A DNA stretch of 64,000 bases. It comes from Alphaproteobacteria bacterium (lineage in GTDB: Bacteria; Pseudomonadota; Alphaproteobacteria; SHVV01). The translations under genes were made by a program, and so were the position numbers. The notes beneath the pieces were generated by a model. That model saw only the letters and a list, made by a program, of their open reading frames with translations. It ran no database searches and was not told the origin of the DNA. The stretch lies in assembly GCA_965224275.1 (NCBI GenBank), contig CBDCYR010000009.1, forward strand, positions 235,533 to 299,532, given 5' to 3'. Positions within the stretch are counted from its first letter, which is position 1; every line of letters begins with the position of its first letter. Positions 9,387 through 18,284 of this stretch are shown here, in pieces.

Positions 9387-12300
9387 ATGGCGTCCGGAGG
9401 CGTCATCGGGCTATTCGTACGTCATCGCAATGCTTCCAACCTGCTAATGGTTGGGATGATGGTCGCGGGCTTGTTCGCCCTCGGCAAGCTCAACACGCAA
9501 TTCTTTCCGACGATCGGCATCGATTTTATCCGTGTTGCAATTGCCTGGCCGGGGGCCAGTGCTGCCGATGTCGAAAGCAACATCGTCAACGCGCTGGATC
9601 GCGAGGTGCGTCATCTCGACTCGGTAAAACGGGTTATTTCGTTTGCCCGCGAGGGCCTGGCATCGGTGTTGGTTGAGTTCGAAACGGGCGCCAGCATGAA
9701 TACGGCCTATGCCAACGTCGAGGCCGCGGTCAGCCGAATTACGACATTTCCAGACAATAGTGAAGAACCGCAGATTCAACGCGTGATCCGATACGACACG
9801 ATCTCCAGAATCGTTATTTCAGGTGATATCGGGGAAGCGGCGCTTAAGGGCTTGGCCAAGCGCGTGCGCGACGACCTCATTGCCCGCGGCATCGACCAGG
9901 TCGGGCTGTTTGGCGCCCGTAGTGACGAGCTGTGGGCGGAGGTGCACCCAAGGACGTTGCGGCAGCTTGATTTGTCGCTCGGCGATATTGCGCGGCGCAT
10001 CAGGGAGAGTTCGCAGGATGCGCCTTCGGGCACACTCGGCGGTGCGCTGGAGAAACAAATTCGAAGCCTTGGGTTGGCCAAGGATGCGCGCGCGGTAGGC
10101 GCCATTGAGATTCGCGCAACGGAACGGGGAGAAAAGGTCTATCTGCGCGACATCGCGCGATTGAGCGACAATTTCGCCGAAGATGACCCGATTGGAATCC
10201 GCAACGGCCGACGGGCGATTGAGTTGCACGTGCAGCGCGCGACGAGTGCGGACGCGCTGGAAGTTGCTGCAATCGTGGCCGCCTATACTTCAGAGATCAA
10301 AAGCACCCTGCCGCCAACGGTTCAACTCGAGACATTCGACGTCCAGGCCAGCTTGATTAGGGATCGTATCAATCTGCTGTTGCGCAACGGATTGAGTGGA
10401 CTTGTGCTGGTTCTGCTGGTGTTGTTTTTGTTTCTTCACGTGCGGGTTGCCCTGTGGGTCGCAATCGGCGTCCCCACGGCGTTTCTTGCAACCCTCGCCT
10501 TCATGCTCGCCAGCGGCCAGACCATCAACATGCTCAGCCTGTTCGCCCTGATTATGATGCTGGGGATCATCGTCGATGATGCCATCGTCGTGGGTGAGCA
10601 TTCCGCGGCGCTGCGCTCGCGGGGCCTGAGCCCGGCAGACGCTGCGGCCGGCGGCGCGCAACGCATGTTGGCCTCGGTGATGGCCGCCTCACTCACCACG
10701 ATTGCGGCGTTCCTGCCGATTCTTATGATCAGCGACGTTATCGGTCAGGTGGTTCAGGCGATTCCGATGGTCGTCGTAGCGGTTCTCGTTGCCAGCCTGA
10801 TTGAGTGTTTTCTCGTCCTCCCCGGGCACATGCGCGCCTCGTTGCCCCGGGATGCGGCCAAGAATTCTCGCTTTCGCACTTGGTTCGATGACAATTTCGA
10901 ACGCTTCCGCGACGGACCTTTTCGGCGTTTGGTCGAGCTCGCAGTGGCTTGGCGCTACACCACCGTTGCGGCCGCAATTGCGATGTTGATTCTCAGCCTT
11001 GGGATCGTCGTCGGCGGCCGTATTGGGTTTCAGTTTTTCCCGGCGCCGGAGACCGACACGATCTTTGCCAACGTCGTATTTGCCCCCGGCACGCCACGCC
11101 CAGTTACCGAAGCGATGCTTAAGGAACTCGAAGCCGCGATGCTGCGAACCGAAATCAAGCTCGGCGATGGTAAAGGGAGCCTGGTGGCATCGAGTTTTGG
11201 ACGCGTCGGCCAGTCGCAGGGCGAGCAATTCCGAACCGTTGCCGGCGATCATCTCGGAGGCGTTCATGCCGAGTTAATTCCCTCGGACCAGCGTGACGTT
11301 CGAACACCTGAATTTATCAATGCGTGGCGCGCCGAAGTGCGGGGTCTGGCAGGCCTTGAGCGGGTATCGGTCTTTGCCAAGCAGGTCGGTCCCCCAGGCC
11401 GTGAGCTCGATATCCGCCTTACCGGGGGCAGCGCCGACGCCTTGAAAAAGGCTTCCCTGGAGGTGCGTGATCTCCTCGGCCAATACCCGGGCGTGAGTGA
11501 TCTTGAAGACGATCTTCCCTACGGTCGCAATGAAGTTCTAATGAGTGTAACGCCGCGCGGACGTGCACTCGGTTTCACGACCGAAACCGTGTCGCGCCAA
11601 GTGCGCGATGCTTTCGAGGGGCGTATCGCCAAGAAGTTTGCGCGCGGCGACGAAGAAGTTACGGTACGCGTGCAATACGCCCGAGATGGTGTCGCATCGG
11701 ACGCGCTGCGCGAGCTATATCTTCGCAGCCCCGGTGGTGCCGAAGTGCCGATCAGCGAAGTCGTGGCGTTTACCGAGAAAAGTGGATTCGCCAGGATTCG
11801 CCGCGAAGACGCGGTCCGACAAATTGCGGTGCTCGGTGAAATCGATGAAGCGGTGACGTCGGCCCAGGCAGTTCTAAGCTCGCTGGCCGAAAACGGACTC
11901 GAGCAAATCGCCACGCGTTACGGTTTAAGTTATCGATTTGCGGGCCGCGCCCAAGAGCAGGCGCAAACGATTGCGGATATGAAACTCGGCGCCACAATCG
12001 CGCTCACCGCCATCTACATAATTCTTGCTTGGGTATTTGCAAGCTATGTACGGCCGTTTATCGTGATGGCGATTATTCCGTTTGGGCTGGTTGGCGCCAT
12101 CATCGGCCATTTGGTGATGGGATACGATCTTACGGTACTCAGCATAATCTCTTTGCTCGGCCTATCGGGGATTTTGGTCAACGATTCGATCATCCTCGTC
12201 ACTACAATCGAACGCCGTCATGCCGAGAATGAAGAGTTCTTCAGCGCTGTCGTCAATGGCACTCAGGATCGCCTGCGCGCCGTGTTGCTCACCTCCTTAA

Positions 12301-12506
12301 CGACCATTGGCGGCCTGTTGCCGTTGCTGTTCGAGACCAGCCTGCAGGCGCGTTTTATGATTCCGATGGCGGTTACGATCGTGTTCGGGCTTCTGGTGGC
12401 GACGATGTTGGTCCTGCTTCTGGTCCCGGCTTTGTTTGCAATTCAACACGATGCCGCCGCCTTGGTTCGTCGGTGGCGCGGCCGTGAACCGCAAGCCGCA
12501 GCTTAG
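9387..12506 (+). CDS. RND efflux transporter permease (AcrB/AcrD/AcrF family)
   Basis: 1039 aa with a 12-TM architecture and two large periplasmic loops. Typical segments include LSLFALIMMLGIIVDDAIVVGE and LLGLSGILVNDSIILV. Confidence 0.9.
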   Translation: MASGGVIGLFVRHRNASNLLMVGMMVAGLFALGKLNTQFFPTIGIDFIRVAIAWPGASAADVESNIVNALDREVRHLDSVKRVISFAREGLASVLVEFETGASMNTAYANVEAAVSRITTFPDNSEEPQIQRVIRYDTISRIVISGDIGEAALKGLAKRVRDDLIARGIDQVGLFGARSDELWAEVHPRTLRQLDLSLGDIARRIRESSQDAPSGTLGGALEKQIRSLGLAKDARAVGAIEIRATERGEKVYLRDIARLSDNFAEDDPIGIRNGRRAIELHVQRATSADALEVAAIVAAYTSEIKSTLPPTVQLETFDVQASLIRDRINLLLRNGLSGLVLVLLVLFLFLHVRVALWVAIGVPTAFLATLAFMLASGQTINMLSLFALIMMLGIIVDDAIVVGEHSAALRSRGLSPADAAAGGAQRMLASVMAASLTTIAAFLPILMISDVIGQVVQAIPMVVVAVLVASLIECFLVLPGHMRASLPRDAAKNSRFRTWFDDNFERFRDGPFRRLVELAVAWRYTTVAAAIAMLILSLGIVVGGRIGFQFFPAPETDTIFANVVFAPGTPRPVTEAMLKELEAAMLRTEIKLGDGKGSLVASSFGRVGQSQGEQFRTVAGDHLGGVHAELIPSDQRDVRTPEFINAWRAEVRGLAGLERVSVFAKQVGPPGRELDIRLTGGSADALKKASLEVRDLLGQYPGVSDLEDDLPYGRNEVLMSVTPRGRALGFTTETVSRQVRDAFEGRIAKKFARGDEEVTVRVQYARDGVASDALRELYLRSPGGAEVPISEVVAFTEKSGFARIRREDAVRQIAVLGEIDEAVTSAQAVLSSLAENGLEQIATRYGLSYRFAGRAQEQAQTIADMKLGATIALTAIYIILAWVFASYVRPFIVMAIIPFGLVGAIIGHLVMGYDLTVLSIISLLGLSGILVNDSIILVTTIERRHAENEEFFSAVVNGTQDRLRAVLLTSLTTIGGLLPLLFETSLQARFMIPMAVTIVFGLLVATMLVLLLVPALFAIQHDAAALVRRWRGREPQAAA

Positions 12507-13960
12507 GTTCGCCAGAAACGGGGCGTGAACAACACCAAAACGGTGAGCAGTTCGAGACGACCCAGCAGCATGCCTGCGGCCAAAAGCCATTTTGCAGGAT
12601 CGGGAAATGCGGCGTAGTTGCCAGCGGGCCCCGCGGTGGGGCCAAGCGCCGGGCCGACATTGGTAATCGCGGCCGCCGCACTCGACACGCTGGTGATGAA
12701 GTCGAGACCCAGCGCAGTCAGAGCCAAGGTCAAAACGACATAAGTCACGAGAAACAAGAAAAAGAACGACATAACCGCGTTGCTGACGGTGCCGGGAATG
12801 GGGCGACGATTGTAGTGGGCTATGAACACGCCATGCGGGAGCAACAGTCGCTGCATCTGGGCGCTCGCGGTTGCAAACAACACCTGAAAATGAAACATCT
12901 TGATGCCGCAGGATGTGGATCCGGCGCAGCCACCAAGAAACATGAAGAAAAAGAACGCGACCAGCGCGAAGCCACCCCACAGCCCGTAGTCGGCTGTGGC
13001 AAATCCGGTGCCCGTAATGATCGAGACGGCATTGAAGGTCGCTGAGCGTAGCGCCGCCGCGAAGGCCCAATCGCTCGCCAGCCACTGCCAACCGATGAGA
13101 AGCACGGTTCCAGTGAGCAGAACACCGGCAAACGCACGCACTTGGCTGTCGCGCCACAACGCTCGCGGTCGACCGCGTACAACGTCGAGGTAAAGCGCGA
13201 ACGGCAGGCTGCCGACGATCATGAACAAGATGATAACGACTTCAACCTCGGCGCTGGCGAAGTGTCCTATCGAATCATCCGAGGTTGAGAAGCCACCGGT
13301 CGAGATGGTCGTGAGGGCGTGCGCGAACGCATCGAACGCCGTCATCCCGGTGATCCATAGTGCTAGGAAACAAATCACCGAAAGAAGCAGGTAGATCGCG
13401 CCAATGGCAGCCGCGATCTGAGTTACCCGCGGCAATACTTTCTCCGTCCGGTCGGAGAACTCGGTGTGAAAAAGCTGCATACCGCTCACTTGCAAGAACG
13501 GCAATATGGCGAGCGCAACAACAATGATGCCAACGCCGCCGAGCCATTCGAGAAGCCCTCGCCAAATCAAGATTCCAGCCGGAGCATCATCGAGACCGAT
13601 GAGCACCGTTGCGCCGGTCGTCGTGATCCCGGACATCGCTTCGAAAAACGCATCTGTATAGCTAAGGCCAAGATCTGAAAACGCGAACGGCAGTGCCGCA
13701 AATGCCGCAACGATGACCCAACTCGTTGTGGTCAGCAGAAAGGCCTCGCGAATGGATAACTCGAGCGTGTCCTGATAATTCGCGAGGATCAGTCCAATGC
13801 CGATAAACAGCGTAACCGCGGCGGAGGTAAGGAAGATCACCCAGTCCTGGTCCCCAGCCGACGCTTCGGCAATCGTCGGGATCAGCATGGCAACCGCAAG
13901 CGCGGTTAGGAGCATGCCGGCTACAAACAGGATGGGGCGAAAATCGATCACGTTCGTCAT
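12503..13960 (-). CDS. trkH: TrkH family potassium uptake protein
   Basis: 485-aa polytopic protein with repeated selectivity-filter-like segments (SGITTTGATV, TISTGGFST, SIITGTGFAT, GGCAGSTSCGIKM). Confidence 0.9.
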   Translation of the reverse strand: MTNVIDFRPILFVAGMLLTALAVAMLIPTIAEASAGDQDWVIFLTSAAVTLFIGIGLILANYQDTLELSIREAFLLTTTSWVIVAAFAALPFAFSDLGLSYTDAFFEAMSGITTTGATVLIGLDDAPAGILIWRGLLEWLGGVGIIVVALAILPFLQVSGMQLFHTEFSDRTEKVLPRVTQIAAAIGAIYLLLSVICFLALWITGMTAFDAFAHALTTISTGGFSTSDDSIGHFASAEVEVVIILFMIVGSLPFALYLDVVRGRPRALWRDSQVRAFAGVLLTGTVLLIGWQWLASDWAFAAALRSATFNAVSIITGTGFATADYGLWGGFALVAFFFFMFLGGCAGSTSCGIKMFHFQVLFATASAQMQRLLLPHGVFIAHYNRRPIPGTVSNAVMSFFFLFLVTYVVLTLALTALGLDFITSVSSAAAAITNVGPALGPTAGPAGNYAAFPDPAKWLLAAGMLLGRLELLTVLVLFTPRFWRT

Positions 13961-14050
13961 CGTACGCCACGCCGCACGTCGCTGGCGGCATTACGGGTTC
14001 GTGGACGGTCGGCTTGTTTCGCTAACTTCGCAGGCCCCCGCGGCGCGTTC

Positions 14051-14343
14051 CTAGTGGATGGAATCCAACATATGGTACCCATACGACGGCTTGCCGAGTT
14101 CGCCGGTTAGGCGCGCGAAGCGTGGCGATGCCCCATGGGACCGTTGGGCATCGGAAGCTTTGCGTAACGCGGCCGGTGAGTTCGGCAAGCCGCCCTGTGG
14201 GTCGCCTATCCCTGTCCCCCGGTGCGTCGAAACCCCTCGACGATGCCCAACGGTCCCTTGGGGCATCGCCTGCGGGCTTCCTCCTGCCGAGCTACCGGGA
14301 TACGCGATCGTATGGGTACCATATGTTGGATTCCATCCACTAG
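14051..14343. mobile_element. Putative non-autonomous nested-palindrome element (MITE/RIME-like) with 36-bp perfect terminal inverted repeats
   Basis: 14051-14086 (CTAGTGGATGGAATCCAACATATGGTACCCATACGA) is the exact reverse complement of 14308-14343. An internal 29-nt segment (14125-14153) is repeated inverted at 14241-14269 with 1 mismatch. 14087-14106 pairs with 14173-14192 at 17 of 20 positions. The element lies in the folE-trkH intergenic space and has no credible coding potential. Confidence 0.6.
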
Positions 14344-14357
14344 GGTTGGGTTTTCTA

Positions 14358-15008
14358 CTAGTCTTGCAACTGTCGAGAATGGGGGCCGATCATCGAGAGA
14401 AATTCGCGCCGTGTGGTTGGGTTGTTGCGGAAGTCCCCCAACATGCGGCTGGTGACCAGGGTGGTGCCCGTCTTATGGACGCCGCGGGTGGTCATACAAT
14501 GGTGCGTTGCCTCGACCACGCAGGCAACACCTTTGGGATTTAGCACAGTGTCGATAGCATTGGCGATTTGGGCCGTTAGTTTTTCCTGAACCTGCATGCG
14601 TCGACCATAAATCTCTACCAGCCGGGCGAGCTTACTGATGCCGACGATCCGTTTGTCCGGTAGATAGCCAACGTGCACCCAGCCAATGATCGGGGCAATG
14701 TGGTGTTCGCAGAACGATTCCAACCGGATATCGCGCATCACCACCATCTCGTCGTAGCCAGCGGTTTCCTCAAAGGTGCGTTGAAGAATTTCAACGGGAT
14801 CCTCGTCGTAGCCCGAAAACCACTCCTGGTATGCCCGGACGACACGATCCGGAGTTTCAAGCAAACCCTCTCGGTCGGGATCATCGCCAGCCCAACGAAG
14901 GAGCGTGCGCACCGCGCCTTCGGCCTCCTCGCGCGATGGCCGATCAATAGCGCCCGGCGCGTTGTCTGCGACATCGACCGCTGTTGATAGCTTGTTACTA
15001 GAACTCAC
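14358..15008 (-). CDS. folE: GTP cyclohydrolase I
   Basis: [49 protein letters not shown] and [11 protein letters not shown] motifs. Confidence 0.93.
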   Translation of the reverse strand: MSSSNKLSTAVDVADNAPGAIDRPSREEAEGAVRTLLRWAGDDPDREGLLETPDRVVRAYQEWFSGYDEDPVEILQRTFEETAGYDEMVVMRDIRLESFCEHHIAPIIGWVHVGYLPDKRIVGISKLARLVEIYGRRMQVQEKLTAQIANAIDTVLNPKGVACVVEATHHCMTTRGVHKTGTTLVTSRMLGDFRNNPTTRREFLSMIGPHSRQLQD

Positions 15009-15092
15009 CGTGGTCTCCTTTACGATGTCCCGGCGTCAAGAAATGTGAAGGGGTCTGCGATCGGTTGTCGCGAACGCCCGTTGTTGGGCCGT

Positions 15093-15485
15093 CTAGTTGG
15101 GCCGCGCGCCCTCGTAAGGGCTATCCAGTGAAAAAGGCGGGATTGCAATGTCGAACGTTCCGCCGTCGTTGCCCTCCATCTGATACGTGCCCAGCATGAT
15201 CCCAGACGGCGTCGACAGCGGCGTGCCGCTCGTATATTCGAAGGATTCGCCGGGTTTGAGAACGGGTTGCTCCCCGACGACTCCGGCACCACGAACCTCC
15301 TGGACCTGACCCTGGGAATCGGTGATGCGCCAATATCGATTGCGCAATTGGACGGTGTCGGCGCCTTGATTCTCGATCTTGACCCAATAGGCCCAGACAA
15401 AGTGATCGTCCTCGGGCGAGGATTGATCTTCGAGATAGACGGGCTTCACCGTCACCGAGATCGCGTTGGTCGTTTCCTGGTACAT
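15093..15485 (-). CDS. apaG: ApaG (DUF525) protein
   Basis: 130 aa. VTVKPVYLEDQSSPEDDHFVWAYWVKIENQG...LRNRYWRITDSQGQVQEVRGAGVVGEQPVLKPGESFEYTSG is typical of ApaG. Confidence 0.88.
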   Translation of the reverse strand: MYQETTNAISVTVKPVYLEDQSSPEDDHFVWAYWVKIENQGADTVQLRNRYWRITDSQGQVQEVRGAGVVGEQPVLKPGESFEYTSGTPLSTPSGIMLGTYQMEGNDGGTFDIAIPPFSLDSPYEGARPN

Positions 15486-15586
15486 CGAGCTATTCCATGC
15501 GCCGCTCGCCGCCGGGTGCGCCAGCGTCGTAATCGGGAATATCGTTCCGTGCCGTCTTTTTGTCCAGAGCCCCTACGCGGTTTCCC

Positions 15587-16798
15587 CTATTTGATCGCCA
15601 GCGCCTGATCGATGTCTTCCTTGATGTCCTCGATATCCTCCAATCCGACGGAGATACGCACGAAGCTATCCGAGATGCCGAGATGGGCGCGCTCTTGGGG
15701 GGTTAGGCGTTGGTGCGTCGTTGTCGCGGGGTGGGTGACGAGGCTTTTCGAATCACCTAAGTTATTGGAAATATTTATGATTTTGAGATTATTGAGCAGC
15801 CGAAACGCGCGTTCCTTATCGCCGCGCAGTTCGAACGATACGACTGTGCCCGGCCCTTGCATTTGCTTTTGAGCGAGTTCGTATTGGGGATGATCGGGCA
15901 GGCCGGGAAACCGGACGCTCTCAATTTCCGGATGATGGTGGAGGAAGTGGGCAAGGTTGGTCGCATTTTCGCAGTGGCGCGTAATACGAACCTCCAACGT
16001 TTCCAACCCTTTCAGCATGACCCACGCATTGAAAGGACTCATGCTGGGTCCGGTATGCCGGTAGAACGGCACCAGGAACTCCTCGCAGAACTCTGCATCG
16101 CAGAGCACAATTCCTCCCATCGCACGCCCCTGTCCGTCGATATGCTTGGTGGCCGAGTAGACGACGATATCGGCACCCAACGTCAGCGGCTGCTGCAGGA
16201 TAGGGGTGGCAAAAACGTTGTCGACAATCAGACGTGCGCCAACCTCGTGAAGGAGGTCGGCGACGGCGCGAATATCAACCATTTCGAGCCCGGGATTGGA
16301 GGGCGATTCAAGAAACGCGCACACCGTTTGGGGTTTGATCGCCGCACGCCACTGCTCAAGGTCGGCACCATCAACCAGCGTCACCTCGATCCCGTAACGC
16401 GGCAAGAAATTTTGAATGATCATCAGGCAGGATCCAAACAGGGCGCGCGCCGCAACGACGTGGTCGCCGGCCCTGAGCTGGCACATCAATGACGCGTTGA
16501 CCGCGGCCATTCCGCTCGCGGTGGCGCGCGCATCCTCGGCGCCCTCAAGGAGCATCATTCGTTCCTCGAACATTCTTACGGTCGGATTTCCGTAGCGGGA
16601 GTAGATGTAGCCATCATCCAGACCTTTGAACCGTGCTTCGGCGTCCTCGGCGCGGTCATAGACGTAACCGGAGGTCATAAACATGGCCTCGGAGGTCTCA
16701 CCGTGCTGGGAGCGCACTGTTCCGCCGCGCACGAGCCGCGTATTCAGGCGCCAATTGGCAGCTTCGTTGTTGGCTTGGTTGTCCGTAGTTGTCGACAT
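15587..16798 (-). CDS. metZ: O-succinylhomoserine sulfhydrylase / Cys-Met metabolism PLP enzyme
   Basis: The PLP-lysine region VVYSATKHIDGQGR and a C-terminal PATTTHQRL...GISDSFVRISVGLEDIEDI. The likely start is ATG 16798 with GGAGAA 5 nt upstream; the ORF-track start 16816 is a TTG inside the terminator T-tract. Confidence 0.88.
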   Translation of the reverse strand: MSTTTDNQANNEAANWRLNTRLVRGGTVRSQHGETSEAMFMTSGYVYDRAEDAEARFKGLDDGYIYSRYGNPTVRMFEERMMLLEGAEDARATASGMAAVNASLMCQLRAGDHVVAARALFGSCLMIIQNFLPRYGIEVTLVDGADLEQWRAAIKPQTVCAFLESPSNPGLEMVDIRAVADLLHEVGARLIVDNVFATPILQQPLTLGADIVVYSATKHIDGQGRAMGGIVLCDAEFCEEFLVPFYRHTGPSMSPFNAWVMLKGLETLEVRITRHCENATNLAHFLHHHPEIESVRFPGLPDHPQYELAQKQMQGPGTVVSFELRGDKERAFRLLNNLKIINISNNLGDSKSLVTHPATTTHQRLTPQERAHLGISDSFVRISVGLEDIEDIKEDIDQALAIK

Positions 16799-16813
16799 GC
16801 TGTTCTCCGTCAA

Positions 16814-16838
16814 CAAAAAACCCCGGCTTTGGCCGGGG
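16814..16838 (-). terminator. Intrinsic terminator/attenuator hairpin in the metZ leader
   Basis: The minus-strand RNA reads CCCCGGCCAAAGCCGGGGUUUUUU: a 7-bp GC stem, a 4-nt loop and a U6 tract. It sits between the riboswitch-like segment and the metZ RBS. Confidence 0.6.
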
Positions 16839-16847
16839 TCATGGACT

Positions 16848-16908
16848 CCGACCTTTTAGCGTTTTGTTTTGCGTGGTCGCAAGCCGGTCGGCCCAAATCA
16901 CCACGTAG
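16848..16908 (-). promoter_or_regulatory. Candidate SAM-II (metA-type) riboswitch aptamer
   Basis: The minus-strand RNA reads ACGUGGUGAUUUGGGCCGACCGGCUUGCGACCACGCAAAACAAAACGCUAAAAGG. It contains a P1 helix GUGGU/ACCAC, then GAUUU, then GGCUUGC, and an A-rich 3' tail with GCUAAAA. This matches my recollection of the SAM-II consensus. It lies upstream of a methionine biosynthesis gene in an alphaproteobacterial context. It has not been verified with a covariance model. Confidence 0.45.
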
Positions 16909-16986
16909 CGTGCAATTGTTAGATCGCAGAGGTGGTCGCGGTCAAGTCCCTATTGACGCCACATGGCGTCGCGAGTTCCGGCGCGC

Positions 16987-17952
16987 TTAGGTGGACACGC
17001 TGCAACTGCCGCCGCCGAGGACGCAGAACTTTGCGCAATGGGGATGGTTGAGCTTTACCGAGGCGCGAGCATCGGCAAGCGTTCGCCCCATTTCAAATTG
17101 CGGGTCGTAGGGAAGCAGCGTGCAAGGAAGAACGATCGGCGCGTTGTCGTTTTTGCGCTTTACGACCATGCGCGACGCTGCGCACATGATGCTCGCGGGA
17201 TTGACACCCAAGATATCCCAACATGCTTCGGTGATCTCGGGAACGTCTACGCGTTCGTCCATTTCGGGTAACAGCATGAGCTCGGCGTGATCACTGACGT
17301 TGAGGTCAACGCCCAAGGTTGCAAACAGCGACGCGTAACCTTCGCGAAGCGAAACCTCCGCTTCGCTCCAATATGTACGCCCGGCCACATTCAACCCGAA
17401 CCCGTTGTCGCTCAGCCAGCGGATCCCTTTGATAGTTGGTTCCCAGCTATGCGGCCCCCGCTCGATTTCATGACACGCTTGGGTGTAGTGGTCGAGTGAA
17501 ACGCGGATTGTCAGTTTCTTGCCGAGCCGTTGATTGAGGTCGCTTAAGGAATCGGCCAACTTCATCATCGGGCGCATCGCATTCGTCAACACGAGCACCT
17601 CGAAGCCGCGGCTCAGGGAAAGTTCGATAATCCCAATAATATCGGGATTCATGAAGGGTTCACCGCCGGTCAGGCCGATCTCGCGAACCGGCCAACCATC
17701 GGTGCGAATTTCGTCGAGATAGGTCCGAACCTCGTCCAGCGAGATATACGCAAGTTGGTCGTTGGTCGGACTTGATTCGATGTAGCAATTGGCACACGTG
17801 AGATTGCACAACGTGCCGCTGTTGAACCACAGCGTGTCTAGCCGCTGCAGGGCGACGGATGCGCGTCGTTCGCCTTTGGCGGTGATCTCCGGGTCGACAA
17901 ACTTGGCCGGATCCAGGACATCGATGTCGGATTCAACGGCGTTGCTACTCAT
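16987..17952 (-). CDS. Radical SAM protein with Cys-rich C-terminus
   Basis: The CX3CX2C cluster motif is CNLTCANCY, followed by GLTGGEPF. The C-terminal cysteines are HPHCAKFCVLGGGSCS. Confidence 0.8.
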   Translation of the reverse strand: MSSNAVESDIDVLDPAKFVDPEITAKGERRASVALQRLDTLWFNSGTLCNLTCANCYIESSPTNDQLAYISLDEVRTYLDEIRTDGWPVREIGLTGGEPFMNPDIIGIIELSLSRGFEVLVLTNAMRPMMKLADSLSDLNQRLGKKLTIRVSLDHYTQACHEIERGPHSWEPTIKGIRWLSDNGFGLNVAGRTYWSEAEVSLREGYASLFATLGVDLNVSDHAELMLLPEMDERVDVPEITEACWDILGVNPASIMCAASRMVVKRKNDNAPIVLPCTLLPYDPQFEMGRTLADARASVKLNHPHCAKFCVLGGGSCSVST

Positions 17953-18160
17953 ACATCATACTCGCCACCAACGTTCGGCAGCCCCTCTGATCAACGGTGT
18001 TTGGGGGGTCCCTTGTAGGCGCGGCACGGTGGCGGTTGATTGCTACGCTGTCAACCTGACAACTCCGTGATCAAGCAAAGGTGAACCGGCGCGTCCTTGA
18101 TGTTCCGCGGACTTTCGCGACGTTGCGCGACCCTTGGGAAACGGTCAAACTTACAGGTGA

Positions 18161-18234
18161 GCGGGCGTAGCTCAATGGCAGAGCAGAAGCTTCCCAAGCT
18201 TACGACGAGGGTTCGATTCCCTTCGCCCGCTCCA
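18161..18234 (+). tRNA. tRNA-Gly (anticodon CCC)
   Basis: GCGGGCGTAGCTCAATGGCAGAGCAGAAGCTTCCCAAGCTTACGACGAGGGTTCGATTCCCTTCGCCCGCTCCA. The acceptor stem is GCGGGCG/CGCCCGC, with a D arm GCTC..GAGC, an anticodon loop TTCCCAA, a T arm with TTCGATT, and an encoded CCA. Confidence 0.92.
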
Positions 18235-18284
18235 CGACTTAACGCCCATCCGATCTGCATTTCTTAGCTCGCGAGCGAGAGGCC

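Noticed and set aside
14051-14543. ORFs inside the nested palindrome: 14058..14543(+), 14051..14266(-) and 14122..14343(+).
   Set aside because: The mirrored C-termini (YGYHMLDSIH on both strands) are a by-product of the perfect inverted repeats. Composition is non-coding-like, and 14058..14543 runs antisense into folE.
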